A stretch of DNA of 64,000 nt from sequence record OQ067374.1; one strand, 5' to 3'. Both the position numbers and the translations under genes were made by a program. The notes under the pieces were generated by a model. The model was not told the origin of the DNA. It did not search any database and was given only the letters and a program-made list of their open reading frames with translations. Of the stretch, positions 8,337-19,216 are shown one piece after another (the first letter of the stretch is position 1; every line of letters starts with the position of its first letter). The stretch comes from Escherichia phage a20.

Positions 8337-11048
8337 TCAAAAATCGAACATATCGAACAGAGATGCTTTCTTCTCGTAATCGAGTTTCGCTGCTGATGTG
8401 AATCCTTCAAGTGGTTTAATAAATGTCTTCTCAAGGAGAACAGTGTAGTCCATCCAATGAAGTACGTCGTCTTTAATTAAATCTGTGATTTCAGTGCCAG
8501 AAGGCCATGCGATACATTTATCACCGAATGGGTTTCCTTCACGTAAAGGCAGAACATATACTTTTTCACCTTCTACAACTTGCGGTGCATCGATATTACC
8601 TTTGATAGCCCGGTTATATGTCAGAATTCCACGAATATGGAACGGACATTTGGGACCAGGGAATCCACCTACGTCATATTTAGCAATGTTATTCGCAGAA
8701 GATACCGACGCGATGCTAATATAATTCAATTGGCGGAATTCTTTTTCAAACTCTTTAAAATATTCTTGTAATGATTCTTCACCTTCTTGAAGCATACGAC
8801 GAATACATTCTTTAAGAGCTTTCTGTACTGCTTTAGGAGTCGAAGATTTCTGTGTTTCGAGACCCATGATTTTAAGCTTAGGTTCAGCGTATCTGGTTCC
8901 TTCCATATCCCACACGTTTAATGCATAACGTTTCTTACCAGTCCAGAATCCACCAATACCTTTAGAACCGAGCGGAGGACCAGCGATAGCTTCTCGGTCC
9001 ATGAACATCAAATGTTGCTTATTATTCATGTATTCGCACATTTCACGGAAACCTCTATCAATAGCAGGTTCCATACGTTCACGAGCGAACTTATCTAAGA
9101 AGTCTACCCAATGGTTGGTATCACGGAATTTAGATTCACCAACCTTATCGATAATTTTATCAGCAGATACGTAAATAGAGTCTGTATCACCATATAGAAC
9201 GAAAGCTTCACCTTCTGTACCACAAACTTCATTCAGATATTCATTAACTTTACGTTCAATCCACTGTAAAGCCATTTGACCAAATGTTGTGATTGCAGTA
9301 GCATTACGCAAATCATAATAACGGAACCAAACGTTGCCAAGTGCACCATAAAGTGAGTTGATAAGCAATTTACGGTTAATCTGTGCAGTCATACCTGCAA
9401 CTTCAGTACGTTGAGCTCTAAACAACATTTCATTAAGAGATTTAGCAGACAACTTTTTAATCTTTTCTTTAATCTCATCACTGAAGTCGAAACGATAATC
9501 AACATCTAATGGTTCGTCAACAGAAAGATTAGGATTATGCAATGCCTCTTTAATTATTTCACCATTACGTTGAGCTGCAAGCATGTAACCTTTATGTTCT
9601 TTACGTTGATTAAAGACCTTAGTGATTTCAGTTGGAACTACACCATCACGGTCTTTATAATACATCATGCCGTTAGGAGAGCAACTGTACACATCTGAAG
9701 GACGTTCAGCGATTGCGTTAATATAATCATGCAGTGGAGCTACTTTAAACGTTCCTGCTATTGTTTCCGGGCTAATATTCACTTGGCGAATAATACTTGG
9801 ATACAGAGATGTAAGGTCGAAACTCATTACATATTTGTATCGATTTGGAATAGGTTCCTTAACAAAAGCGCCAGGATAAGGTTGAACCGGGTGAGAACGA
9901 CCTTGTGGAATCACCTTGTTCTGCTCTTTAAGGCTATTAAAAATAATAGCATCCCATGTTTTAATTGGACTGAACACAGATTGAATCTGAATTTTAGCAT
10001 AATAACCCATGTCCAAGCTCAAGTTAATGAACTGGCGTTTAGCATCAATTTGCAATACACGATATACGTCGATGATGTTATAGCTTATATATCGTTGATG
10101 ATTACTTTCGCGAAGTTTAGAAATAGGACCGTCATATTTCAGTTTACCAACGTTCAATTCAAATTCTGAAATGTAATCCAGAGAATACGACGGTTGATTG
10201 GTAAAAGAGAATTTTTTGTAAAGGTCAATGTAATCAAGAACAGAGATACCGAACAATGTAATGATTTCACGAGAACCATACATGTTTTCGATAACTTTAA
10301 CACGAGTTTTACGATGCGGTGATAAACGTTTCGCAGTAGATTCGCCAAAAATATTCTTGATTCGGTTATACACATATGGAATATCAAATGACTCAACGTT
10401 CCATCCAGTCAAAATGACAGGAGTTTTCTGTTGCCAGAAGTTGAGATATTCCATCAACAATTCTTTTTCGTTATCGAACGGCATATAAATGATTTTATCG
10501 ATAATTTCAGATGGAACTTCATCACCGCCTTGTTCTTGAAGCTTAGCAGCGATTTCAATAGACCATTCTTCTACATTACCATACGGAGAATTCAATAGAT
10601 CAAATACGTAGAACCTGTCGTCAATTGAGTCATAATGGGTGATAGCATCAATCGGATGTTTTGCTTGTGACGGCTCAGGGAACCCATCCGGAGATGTTAC
10701 TTCGATGTCGAAGTTAGCCACACGAATTTTTGTATGGTCGTATTTGATTTCATAGTTATAAGTGTCAGACAAATACGCCAATTTGAAATCGTCCATGCCA
10801 AGTGCTTCAAGTCCGATATCTTCCATGCGTTTAATCCATTGGGAGGCATCACGCATATTAGCGAACAACTTACGAGTACACGGTTTACCGTAGATATCGA
10901 AATATTTCGTAGCCTGACTTTCTGGACAATGAGCAAACAGTGATGGTTTATATTCTACTTCACGAGTACGTTCACGGCCATTAGAATCGATGTAACGTTC
11001 AAAAATTGAATCACCAATCTGTTCAACCGTTAAGTAAAATTCTTTCAT
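8337..11048 (-). CDS. 43: DNA polymerase (family B)
   Basis: 903 aa; exonuclease FDIE and polymerase YGDTDS motifs; reads as RB69 gp43 from memory. Confidence 0.97.
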   Translation of the reverse strand: MKEFYLTVEQIGDSIFERYIDSNGRERTREVEYKPSLFAHCPESQATKYFDIYGKPCTRKLFANMRDASQWIKRMEDIGLEALGMDDFKLAYLSDTYNYEIKYDHTKIRVANFDIEVTSPDGFPEPSQAKHPIDAITHYDSIDDRFYVFDLLNSPYGNVEEWSIEIAAKLQEQGGDEVPSEIIDKIIYMPFDNEKELLMEYLNFWQQKTPVILTGWNVESFDIPYVYNRIKNIFGESTAKRLSPHRKTRVKVIENMYGSREIITLFGISVLDYIDLYKKFSFTNQPSYSLDYISEFELNVGKLKYDGPISKLRESNHQRYISYNIIDVYRVLQIDAKRQFINLSLDMGYYAKIQIQSVFSPIKTWDAIIFNSLKEQNKVIPQGRSHPVQPYPGAFVKEPIPNRYKYVMSFDLTSLYPSIIRQVNISPETIAGTFKVAPLHDYINAIAERPSDVYSCSPNGMMYYKDRDGVVPTEITKVFNQRKEHKGYMLAAQRNGEIIKEALHNPNLSVDEPLDVDYRFDFSDEIKEKIKKLSAKSLNEMLFRAQRTEVAGMTAQINRKLLINSLYGALGNVWFRYYDLRNATAITTFGQMALQWIERKVNEYLNEVCGTEGEAFVLYGDTDSIYVSADKIIDKVGESKFRDTNHWVDFLDKFARERMEPAIDRGFREMCEYMNNKQHLMFMDREAIAGPPLGSKGIGGFWTGKKRYALNVWDMEGTRYAEPKLKIMGLETQKSSTPKAVQKALKECIRRMLQEGEESLQEYFKEFEKEFRQLNYISIASVSSANNIAKYDVGGFPGPKCPFHIRGILTYNRAIKGNIDAPQVVEGEKVYVLPLREGNPFGDKCIAWPSGTEITDLIKDDVLHWMDYTVLLEKTFIKPLEGFTSAAKLDYEKKASLFDMFDF

Positions 11049-11129
11049 TTAATTTCCTTTAGACGAGTTATTGTCTTTTGTTTGTTGATGAACTTATTAT
11101 ACTCCAAATGGGACCGAAGTCCCATTGCT

Positions 11130-11498
11130 TTAATTACCAATTGTATATTTTGCTTTCAAAGTCCAGTCATCTTTCTGTTTAAAAGAGATAACACGAAAGT
11201 TATTAGTCAGGCCAAACAGATCTTCACGAGCAGAGTCTTCAATAACAATCAAGCCCCAGTCTTCAAGCAACTGGGCAATCGAATCACGTCGCTGATAGTC
11301 TTCACCGTCAATATCAACCTGACGTCCATCCATACGCAACATTTCTTTAAAGTGGACGATGTAATATTTACCTTGCTTTTGGAGTATATGACAGGACTGA
11401 TAAAGGACTTTATCCTTGTTATTAGCGATGCCCATACGGGTCAAAGTCTCTTTGACTTTCAGAAAATCTTCAGGGTTCTTCAATTTAATTTCGATCAT
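11130..11498 (-). CDS. regA: RegA translational repressor
   Basis: ORF track gives 11130..11507; T4 RegA begins MIEI..., so start set at the in-frame Met at 11498; strong match to T4 RegA. Confidence 0.9.
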   Translation of the reverse strand: MIEIKLKNPEDFLKVKETLTRMGIANNKDKVLYQSCHILQKQGKYYIVHFKEMLRMDGRQVDIDGEDYQRRDSIAQLLEDWGLIVIEDSAREDLFGLTNNFRVISFKQKDDWTLKAKYTIGN

Positions 11499-11500
11499 TT

Positions 11501-12064
11501 TTACCATTCCAATGCTAATTTTTTAAATTGTTTTTGTTCTTTCACATTTTTTGTAACTTCTTTGAGAAACTCATCAGTGACCATGGCCTTCAGTTCTTTA
11601 AGGACTATTGGCAACTTGTTATTTTTTTCAAGGAGCCGCTTATACTCGGTAGCATCATTCATGTTGATTGTGTAATGTTTCATCAACAGTTTGATAACTA
11701 GTAACTCTGAAGTGTCTTCAACTAGTTTAGCCCATTTAGAGAATCGACGACCACGCGGAATTGCCGCCATCATATAGTTGAAGTGTGCTTCATCACTTAA
11801 TTCAGAACCGACTAAGTTCATCATGTAAACAGCTGGCATACATTCCGGGAACTGGGATAATGAGTTCTCAACCATAAATTTTGAGTAGTCGACCTGAGCA
11901 ATTGACATAGATTTCTTTTCATTAATAGCATTAATGATTTTAAAGAATTCATTCTCAGGTTTTTCTTTAAACATATCAGCACATTTTTGAATCGCATCAG
12001 CGTCATTAGACTTCCATGCAATTTGGTGCTCGTTAAGCCGGACGTCATCATCGAATAAGTTCAT
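11501..12064 (-). CDS. 62: clamp loader small subunit
   Basis: 187 aa; synteny 45-44-62-regA-43 and similarity to T4 gp62. Confidence 0.9.
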   Translation of the reverse strand: MNLFDDDVRLNEHQIAWKSNDADAIQKCADMFKEKPENEFFKIINAINEKKSMSIAQVDYSKFMVENSLSQFPECMPAVYMMNLVGSELSDEAHFNYMMAAIPRGRRFSKWAKLVEDTSELLVIKLLMKHYTINMNDATEYKRLLEKNNKLPIVLKELKAMVTDEFLKEVTKNVKEQKQFKKLALEW

Positions 12065-12065
12065 A

Positions 12066-13028
12066 TTATTTCCAAGTCAGTTCACAAGTCAATTGAAGAA
12101 GCATATACATAACATGTAATTCAATATTACTAGCTAGTCCATGAAACTTATTATTTTCGCCTGCAATTTCGTAAAGCGAAATAATACTTTTACCAGGTGC
12201 AACTTGGTCATAACATTCTGAAACTAATTTATCGATGAACCATGAATAATCTGCAGCATATTTTGGAGCTAATGCACGAAGTTGTTTGATATCTTTGTTC
12301 TTCATTGCTTCGATAACATCAGAGACTGTGCCACGGTCATTAGTTACGATAGACAGAATACCTGCATCGAGAACACCTTTAGACGAGTACTGGTCTAATT
12401 GTCCAATTGTACGACGAAAGTCCGGGAAGTTCTTTTTAACCAGAGCTGCAACAACTTTCATATCAGCGATTTCGATATTTTCGTTCTTACAGATTTCAAC
12501 CATACGATGAATCATTTTCTTCATCATCGAGATTTTATCTTCTTCGGTTGGACGTCCGAATTCGATAACTCGACAACGACTACGTAATGGTTCAATAATT
12601 CCATCGATGTTGTTAGCAGTAATAATAATAGAACAGTTACTAGAGAATTCTTCCATGAATGTACGAAGGTGCCGTTGTGATTCAGCAAGGCCACTACGGT
12701 CAAATTCATCGATAACGATAACTTTCGGCTTGCCTTCCATTGAGACTGAACGAGCGAATGCAGTTAACGGACCACGCACAAAATCAATCTTACAATCAGA
12801 ACCGTTGACGAACATCATTTCAGCGTTGATATCGTTACATAATGCTTTTGCTACGGTTGTTTTACCTGTACCAGGAGAAGGAGAGTGCAAAATAATATGA
12901 GGAAGTTTTCCTTTAGATACTAAAGACTTGAATGTTTCATGGTCATACGCAGGCAGAATACATTCGTCAATGGAAGAAGGACGATATTTCTGTTCTAGAA
13001 TGTGTTCTTTGGAATTGATAGTAATCAT
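12066..13028 (-). CDS. 44: clamp loader large subunit (AAA+)
   Basis: 320 aa; Walker [11 protein letters not shown]; synteny. Confidence 0.92.
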   Translation of the reverse strand: MITINSKEHILEQKYRPSSIDECILPAYDHETFKSLVSKGKLPHIILHSPSPGTGKTTVAKALCNDINAEMMFVNGSDCKIDFVRGPLTAFARSVSMEGKPKVIVIDEFDRSGLAESQRHLRTFMEEFSSNCSIIITANNIDGIIEPLRSRCRVIEFGRPTEEDKISMMKKMIHRMVEICKNENIEIADMKVVAALVKKNFPDFRRTIGQLDQYSSKGVLDAGILSIVTNDRGTVSDVIEAMKNKDIKQLRALAPKYAADYSWFIDKLVSECYDQVAPGKSIISLYEIAGENNKFHGLASNIELHVMYMLLQLTCELTWK

Positions 13029-13103
13029 GTAATTTTCCTCATTATCATTAAACTGGAGGATTTCTCCTCCATAATCGTACTACATTAAACGTAAAGCTTT
13101 GAC

Positions 13104-13790
13104 TTAGAAGTCGTGAGTAGAATCGGCTTCCATCGCAATAACATAACTTACTTGAGAGCTTTCAAACTTGGCTGCAACTTTATCACCAGCTCCCCACAAC
13201 ATTACTTTATAGTTACCTGGCTGGATTTTCATATTAGCCATATTGATTACGAAGTTAAAGTTGTTAGAACCATCATAATCGGTAAGAGTCAAAGAATACT
13301 TAGGACGAGTTAGTCCAGAATCTTCAACTTTATTATAGCCGTTGATAACAATTTTACCATCTTTATTTGTAATAGCAATTGTATCAATCTGAAGACCACG
13401 TGAAACTCGAAGCAATTGTTGAAGGTCTTCGGCTTTAATTTCAGTAATCACAGAAGCCACTGGGAATTGAATTGGCTTATTAGGAAAAACAATGGTGCTC
13501 TTGTCAGCGGCAGGCCAATAAACTGTGGAACGTGTGTCTGCAATTTTAATATTGCCATCAGTGTGCATTGAAATTTCAGCATCATCAGACACTAGACTCA
13601 AAATGCTTAAGAAGCTATTCAAATCATAAAGTGCTACGTCAAAATCAATTTCATCGGAGATATTTGCTTCCGCATAAGTGGTGCCATTAACTGCACGAGT
13701 CATAATAAATTTACCTTGACTCAGCAGAATGCCGGAGTTAATAGAGGCAAAGTTTTTCAGAATAGCGATAGTATCTTTAGACAGTTTCAT
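13104..13790 (-). CDS. 45: sliding clamp
   Basis: Start set at MKLSKD (T4 gp45 N-terminus); AAGGAAA SD upstream. Confidence 0.92.
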   Translation of the reverse strand: MKLSKDTIAILKNFASINSGILLSQGKFIMTRAVNGTTYAEANISDEIDFDVALYDLNSFLSILSLVSDDAEISMHTDGNIKIADTRSTVYWPAADKSTIVFPNKPIQFPVASVITEIKAEDLQQLLRVSRGLQIDTIAITNKDGKIVINGYNKVEDSGLTRPKYSLTLTDYDGSNNFNFVINMANMKIQPGNYKVMLWGAGDKVAAKFESSQVSYVIAMEADSTHDF

Positions 13791-13832
13791 TTTATTTCCT
13801 TTCAAGACAATTCAAAGTTTATAACAAATTTA

Positions 13833-14249
13833 TTATGCAGCAACCATCTGCTTTTTAATAGCTTCAGGCAGTGATTCAATATATTCTGGAATTTTAGAAG
13901 CAACAATTTCGCCAGCTGCAATTAGTTGTTCGTCGGCATCAACACAATAGAAATCTTCCAGACGCTCAGAACCGTCTTTATCAAGAACGATTTTTCCGCC
14001 AGCTTCAATAGAATCTTTATAGTGCTTACGCATCAGATGAATCCACATATCAGATACATCGTTATCAATAAAACCATAAATCATAAAACGAGTTTCTTGT
14101 GGCAAAGATTGGAGTTTTTTAGCACTTGCGTCATCACAATGCAGGACCCATGCTTTACGAACACGATTATGGTTATGTGGGTTAGCGTCAGTACGGATAG
14201 AAGTAACTTTCAGATCAGCAGCAGTGAAACCTTTAGCAGTAGTAAACAT
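13833..14249 (-). CDS. rpbA: RNA polymerase binding protein RpbA-like
   Basis: 138 aa directly upstream of gene 45, as in T4. Confidence 0.65.
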   Translation of the reverse strand: MFTTAKGFTAADLKVTSIRTDANPHNHNRVRKAWVLHCDDASAKKLQSLPQETRFMIYGFIDNDVSDMWIHLMRKHYKDSIEAGGKIVLDKDGSERLEDFYCVDADEQLIAAGEIVASKIPEYIESLPEAIKKQMVAA

Positions 14250-14261
14250 ATTATTTCTCTC

Positions 14262-14453
14262 TTATTCGTAGAAGTCGGTAACTGTCCATGCGGAATTGCG
14301 ATTAGACATTATTTTATTATACTCATCTTTAAAAGCAGATTTGAGCATTTGTTCAGTAACAATATGTTCTTCACCTGAAAACGTATTGGTCAAAACATAT
14401 CTTTTAATTTCAGGGACAACGAGAAGATGTTGTCCGGTTGAATACTCCGCCAT
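14262..14453 (-). CDS. hypothetical small protein
   Basis: 63 aa ORF between rpbA and the HNH gene. Confidence 0.45.
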   Translation of the reverse strand: MAEYSTGQHLLVVPEIKRYVLTNTFSGEEHIVTEQMLKSAFKDEYNKIMSNRNSAWTVTDFYE

Positions 14454-14530
14454 TATAAATCTCCGTGATTAAAGCAATATAAATAGGTTTATCAATTTAT
14501 CTGTTGCTGTATCAAATAAGGATTTAGTAA

Positions 14531-15247
14531 ATGAATTATAACTCAATATACGAAAAGCTTATCACCAATGCTAAATCAAGAAGTTTAGATGGTTATACAG
14601 AACGTCATCACATTATACCACAATGTTTAGGTGGAAGTGATGATGCTTTAAACTTAGTAGACTTAACACCGGAAGAACATTATTTGGCACATCAACTGTT
14701 GGTAAAAATCCATCCAGATAATGCCTCTTTAATATATGCCGCTCGTATGATGACCATATCATCTCCTAAAGCAGATAGAAGCAAAAACAAATTATTTGGA
14801 TGGCTTCGACGTAAGAATCAAGAAGTTCAAAAGAATAAAGAATTCACTGCTGAAACCCGTAAGAAAATGTCCGAGTCTGCAAAAAATAAACCAAAGATTA
14901 CCTGTCCACATTGTGGTTTAACTGGAACTGAAGGAAACATGCGACGTTGGCATTTTGATAATTGTAAACAAGGTCCAACGCCTAAAATAGTAAAACTTGA
15001 TCAAGAAACAAAAGATAAAATAATTAAAACCATGGCCACGAAAATTTGGAAAGAAGATTCTTGCCCGTTTTGTGGCTTAACTACTAAGTTATCGGCGTTA
15101 AAGCCACATATAAAATTCTGTAAATCAAATCCTAACAGAAAGAAAAAAGAGGACAAGAAAATTAAATGTCCTCATTGCGATAAAATAGGGATCCCTGCTA
15201 ATATGCATCGTTGGCATTTCGATAATTGTAAATATAAGCCTCATTAA
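14531..15247 (+). CDS. HNH homing endonuclease (mob-like) with C-terminal zinc-finger repeats
   Basis: 238 aa; ERHHIIPQCLGGSDD...EEHYLAH HNH core; three C-terminal CPHCG...HFDNC units; transcribed opposite to flanking genes. Confidence 0.8.
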   Translation: MNYNSIYEKLITNAKSRSLDGYTERHHIIPQCLGGSDDALNLVDLTPEEHYLAHQLLVKIHPDNASLIYAARMMTISSPKADRSKNKLFGWLRRKNQEVQKNKEFTAETRKKMSESAKNKPKITCPHCGLTGTEGNMRRWHFDNCKQGPTPKIVKLDQETKDKIIKTMATKIWKEDSCPFCGLTTKLSALKPHIKFCKSNPNRKKKEDKKIKCPHCDKIGIPANMHRWHFDNCKYKPH

Positions 15248-16932
15248 GAGGCTTTCATTACAGTAAATCGTCCAACTTTGCTCATTTGAAGATGTTGTCC
15301 ATAAGCTTGTGGGTCATGGTCTCTGTGACTAATTATAAACACGTTTGCATCGGTTAGAGAGTTAAGAATTGTTGAAATAGCTTTAATACCTTCAGAATCA
15401 GTCGCGGAATCCATGACTTCGTCCATAATTAATGTATTGATTCTAACGCCAGAGACCTTTTCAGCGATATCTCGCCATGTAAACAACAATGCGATATCGA
15501 TACGTGCCTTTTCACCTTGACTAAACGAAGCATAACTGAATTCTTCACGTCCACGTGATTTTATAGATTCATTGAATTCTTCGTCAATAGAAAACACATA
15601 ATCAGCTTCCATGATTTTAAGATAATGGTTAATCTGCTTGTTGAACAGAGGCACATATTTTTTAATGATAGCACCTTTAATACCAGAATCTTTTAACATA
15701 TCTGTGATAATACCGCGATGGTATTTTTCAAGAACGATATCCGATTTTGTTTTAATGATTTTATCAAGTTCTTTTTGAAGCAAAGCTATCTCATCGGCAT
15801 GGTCGATAAATTCCGCCGAGGCTTGTTCTATTGCAGCTTTAACTTTCTTAGCTTTATCAATAGTGGCAATCATTGCTTGTTTCTTGGTACGAATATCAGA
15901 TGCAAGGTCCTGTTTAGTCTTAACATTAGCTCTATATTCGTCCACTAGGACACTCAGATTATCTCTGTGACATGTAAGTTGCTCGAATGAGTGATTACAT
16001 TCGTGAAGCTTATCGGTAATCTTAGAGACAATAGGATCACCCTGGTGCAACTGTGATGCACAAGTAGGACATGTACCGCCATCATGATACATCTTAATAA
16101 CTTTGTTATATGAGTCAATTTTAGATTTAATCAAGAATGCTTCTTGTCCTATCTTGTTGAATGCCTCAGTAGGGTCTTCGTCAAGAACGATATTAAGTAG
16201 ACGCTCGTTAGCTTCTTCGATTTCTGCTTTTAATGAACGAGCTTCTTTGGCTAGGTCGTCATACATATTCTGTAGACGCGCTACATTATCACCAGATAAT
16301 TTCTTTTGGCGTTCGATATTCTCGTTATAAATCTTAATTTGTTGGATAACACCATCTTTCTTGGCATCGAGAACTTGTCCCTGGGAATTAAGTTCTCGAA
16401 CTTGAGACTTATTGATTTTATCCATTTCAGCGAGTGTGCCGACTTCTAAAAGGTCTTCGACAAGTTTTCTACGAGCAGGGGTGCTAAGAGCCATGAAAGG
16501 GGTATACCCTGCCGTCCCAAGCACAACGATTTGTTTAAAAGACGCGTATGACATTCCGATGCTACGTTCAAATTCTTCTTGGAAGTCACGACTGCTGGCA
16601 GATTCATCAAGACGAACACCGTCAACGGAGATTTCGAAAATATTGGGCTTTTGGCCACGTCTAATGAAGTATTTTTTATCATCGAATTCCATCCAAAGCT
16701 CAACTAAGAGCTCTTTCTTGTTCGTGCTATTAATGATTTGTCCTTTCTTAACATCACGAAATGGTTTACCGAAAAGTCCGAAAGTAATGGCTTCTAACAT
16801 CGTAGATTTACCACCGCCATTTTTACCAGTGATTAATGTCTTTTGGACTTTATCTAATTGGATATCAATAGGATTCCCACCTACCGACATGATGTTTTGA
16901 TAACGAACACGATTTAATTTAAATGATTTCAT
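15244..16932 (-). CDS. 46: recombination endonuclease subunit (Rad50/SbcC-like)
   Basis: 562 aa; Walker A GKNGGGKST; coiled-coil middle; synteny with 47. Confidence 0.92.
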   Translation of the reverse strand: MKSFKLNRVRYQNIMSVGGNPIDIQLDKVQKTLITGKNGGGKSTMLEAITFGLFGKPFRDVKKGQIINSTNKKELLVELWMEFDDKKYFIRRGQKPNIFEISVDGVRLDESASSRDFQEEFERSIGMSYASFKQIVVLGTAGYTPFMALSTPARRKLVEDLLEVGTLAEMDKINKSQVRELNSQGQVLDAKKDGVIQQIKIYNENIERQKKLSGDNVARLQNMYDDLAKEARSLKAEIEEANERLLNIVLDEDPTEAFNKIGQEAFLIKSKIDSYNKVIKMYHDGGTCPTCASQLHQGDPIVSKITDKLHECNHSFEQLTCHRDNLSVLVDEYRANVKTKQDLASDIRTKKQAMIATIDKAKKVKAAIEQASAEFIDHADEIALLQKELDKIIKTKSDIVLEKYHRGIITDMLKDSGIKGAIIKKYVPLFNKQINHYLKIMEADYVFSIDEEFNESIKSRGREEFSYASFSQGEKARIDIALLFTWRDIAEKVSGVRINTLIMDEVMDSATDSEGIKAISTILNSLTDANVFIISHRDHDPQAYGQHLQMSKVGRFTVMKAS

Positions 16933-17183
16933 ATGTATTCTCTTCGAATGAAGTCCTCTACATATTTTAACATGTCATCCCTATCAGCAAAATATTCATC
17001 TAGTTCTGCATACATAACAACACCTGGTGCGTACTCACAGGTAACATACATTGTTCCAAAGAAACGAGGAGTTGATTCCTCGTAATTCTCAGTCCATTCA
17101 ACGATACCAATATAACCGTCACCAATACTAAATTCATGACGATGGATTTCATAATCAGTCTTCGTCATTATACGCATCCTCAA
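16929..17183 (-). CDS. hypothetical protein
   Basis: 84 aa ORF between 47 and 46. Confidence 0.5.
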   Translation of the reverse strand: MRMRIMTKTDYEIHRHEFSIGDGYIGIVEWTENYEESTPRFFGTMYVTCEYAPGVVMYAELDEYFADRDDMLKYVEDFIRREYI

Positions 17184-17412
17184 TACACGCTTCAGCCATT
17201 TTAAGAATAGAGCCAGGAGTATCGTTGTCCATTATATTAAAGCTAAATTCAATAGCCCAGTCGGTGCAGACATGAACTGCTTTAACTTCATTGCCTTCAA
17301 CGCGTAATGGCTCAATCCAATACTTGATAGTGTTCTCGAATCCATCATCATCTTTAACGTCCATTTCAACTTCAAGCCTGAGTCCAGCATTGTTAAATTC
17401 ATCTAAAGTCAT
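17155..17412 (-). CDS. hypothetical protein
   Basis: 85 aa acidic ORF between 47 and 46. Confidence 0.5.
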   Translation of the reverse strand: MTLDEFNNAGLRLEVEMDVKDDDGFENTIKYWIEPLRVEGNEVKAVHVCTDWAIEFSFNIMDNDTPGSILKMAEACIEDAYNDED

Positions 17413-18428
17413 TGTGTTGCCTCAATATAAAGTTCGTTGGAATATTTGACCAGCGCTTCTCTGTCTTCGTCTGAGATATCTGGAATCGCGTCAATATATT
17501 CTTTAATGATATCTTGAAGTGATTTAATCTCGATTTCCTGGTCGTCATCAGATTCAACACTGTTATCAACTTTAGAAACCATACGAAGAGAGTGAACTAC
17601 TTTTTCAAGTTCAGATTCAAACTTAGTCAACTCTGAATCAATTTCTGATACTATAACACGTACAGCTAGATTAGTATAATCAGAATAATTGATTTTGCCT
17701 TTAAACGGATAAGTGATTCGTCGATGCCATGTTGTTTCATTAGGAATAAATTCCATACGTTCAACATCAGTGTCAAATACCCAGAATCCGCGCGGGTCGT
17801 TCTCATCACCTGCAGTAAGGGTCCATGGTGTCCCAATATATTTGACGTTAGCAGCTTCAGAGATTGTGTGGAAGTGGCCAGACCAGACTTGTTTATAAGT
17901 CTTTAAGAAATCAGGTTCAAGCCCATGAGACTTCATCCCTTTATAGAAATAAAAGCCATTCAGTTCCCAGTGCCCAACACAATACGCTGCAGAAGAAGTC
18001 TTGATGTGCTCTAAGATTTCACCTGTATTTTCTTCACACATCCATGGAACGATATCAATCAGACATCCGTCAAAATCTACAGTAGTTGGATGCTCGTAAA
18101 TAGTAAAGTTTTCAAATTGAGTTAACAATTCAGAAACAGTGTTAGGTGTTATTGTATTCTTAAACGCCATGTCATGGTTTCCTATCGTGACATGAACGTG
18201 AATGCCTGCTTTAGAAATCATATCAACGATTTCACGATTGAATTCCATTGTACGATGTGTTATTGCTTTACGGACGTCGAACCAATCACCGTACTGAATC
18301 CAAGTTTTAATCCCGTGTTTCTTAGAGTATTCAATTGCTTGACGAATACCATCACGTTGAATATCTTGAACCCATGGGTCGTCTTGTTTGACTCCGATAT
18401 GGAAGTCGCCTAAGTGCAAAATTTTCAT
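17409..18428 (-). CDS. 47: recombination endonuclease subunit (Mre11/SbcD-like)
   Basis: 339 aa; MKILHLGDFHIG metallophosphatase motif. Confidence 0.92.
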   Translation of the reverse strand: MKILHLGDFHIGVKQDDPWVQDIQRDGIRQAIEYSKKHGIKTWIQYGDWFDVRKAITHRTMEFNREIVDMISKAGIHVHVTIGNHDMAFKNTITPNTVSELLTQFENFTIYEHPTTVDFDGCLIDIVPWMCEENTGEILEHIKTSSAAYCVGHWELNGFYFYKGMKSHGLEPDFLKTYKQVWSGHFHTISEAANVKYIGTPWTLTAGDENDPRGFWVFDTDVERMEFIPNETTWHRRITYPFKGKINYSDYTNLAVRVIVSEIDSELTKFESELEKVVHSLRMVSKVDNSVESDDDQEIEIKSLQDIIKEYIDAIPDISDEDREALVKYSNELYIEATQ

Positions 18429-18472
18429 ATTATTTCCTCATTAGTTAATTCATTTTATCATCCGTTTATAAA

Positions 18473-18498
18473 GCAAAAAAGGAACTCCGAAGAGTTCC
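18473..18498 (-). terminator. rho-independent terminator-like hairpin
   Basis: GGAACTC-CGAA-GAGTTCC (plus 18481-18498) followed on the minus strand by a T-run (plus AAAAAA 18475-18480), just upstream of gene 47. Confidence 0.5.
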
Positions 18499-18671
18499 TA
18501 TCCACATAGTACACCGTACAGAGGCTCATTTGAACTTTTAAATCGAATGGGCTTGTACGTAATAGTTCCTTCGGCTTTAGCTTTATCATAAGACTCTTTA
18601 AAACGTCTCGTTCTTTCTGCTTTGCCTTTACGGATTTTATCGAAATTTTCAGAAGTCGGGATGTTCGTCAT
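18498..18671 (-). CDS. hypothetical small protein (not on ORF track)
   Basis: About 57 codons from ATG at 18671 with GAGG upstream; ends at the terminator hairpin. Hand translation, low confidence. Confidence 0.3.
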   Translation of the reverse strand: MTNIPTSENFDKIRKGKAERTRRFKESYDKAKAEGTITYKPIRFKSSNEPLYGVLCG

Positions 18672-18710
18672 GCATAAGCACCTCTCAGAAAATGCCTAAA
18701 TCAATTTCTC

Positions 18711-18932
18711 TCATCGTTTCCACCATTTCTTAACTTGAAATGAATCGACCCACACGAGTTGTTTTGGGTCTGCCTTTACAATAGGCGGACAAATTTCTGT
18801 AATAGAACCGTCGTGATATTCCTTTTCAGAAATTTTAACACAAAGAGGACCTCCCAATTTAAGGGTGAACCCTGCGTTCAGCTTCAGACGTTTAAACTTT
18901 GTTTGAACTAGCGCCATTAATGATGTCCTCAA
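18711..18932 (-). CDS. hypothetical protein
   Basis: 73 aa ORF in the 55-47 interval, where T4 carries alpha-gt. Confidence 0.4.
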   Translation of the reverse strand: MRTSLMALVQTKFKRLKLNAGFTLKLGGPLCVKISEKEYHDGSITEICPPIVKADPKQLVWVDSFQVKKWWKR

Positions 18933-19215
18933 TAGCCTGACGAGTAGTAACCCACTGGATTTTAATTAACTTGTCATTATATGGTTGTCGTAGAATATCC
19001 CGAGATTTCTTAATAGCATATTCGTAAGCTTCGAAGTTGTTTTGAATTGCTGCTTCTTGAGCATGAGCATAAAGACGGTTTAGTTCAAAACGATTCTTTT
19101 TAAGAATCTTTTCGGATTTTTTACGTGCTTCAGCTTCATTTTTCTTTTGGATTTCTTGTAGCATTTTAGCTACTGCATCTTCTGCTTCTTTATTTTCAAT
19201 AATCTCGGTAGTCAT
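18892..19215 (-). CDS. hypothetical coiled-coil protein
   Basis: 107 aa, charged and helical. Confidence 0.45.
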   Translation of the reverse strand: MTTEIIENKEAEDAVAKMLQEIQKKNEAEARKKSEKILKKNRFELNRLYAHAQEAAIQNNFEAYEYAIKKSRDILRQPYNDKLIKIQWVTTRQAIEDIINGASSNKV

Positions 19216-19216
19216 A

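Noticed and set aside
8485-10488. Plus-strand ORFs (8485-8724, 8580-8771, 9729-10169, 10261-10488) and minus alternative frame 10154-10396
   Set aside because: All lie within DNA polymerase gene 43 in other frames; no RBS; translations look non-protein-like.
11082-11675. Plus-strand 197-aa ORF
   Set aside because: Antisense to regA and gene 62, both strongly supported by homology.
16412-16900. Plus-strand 162-aa ORF and minus 16446-16703 alternative frame
   Set aside because: Embedded in gene 46; shadow ORFs.
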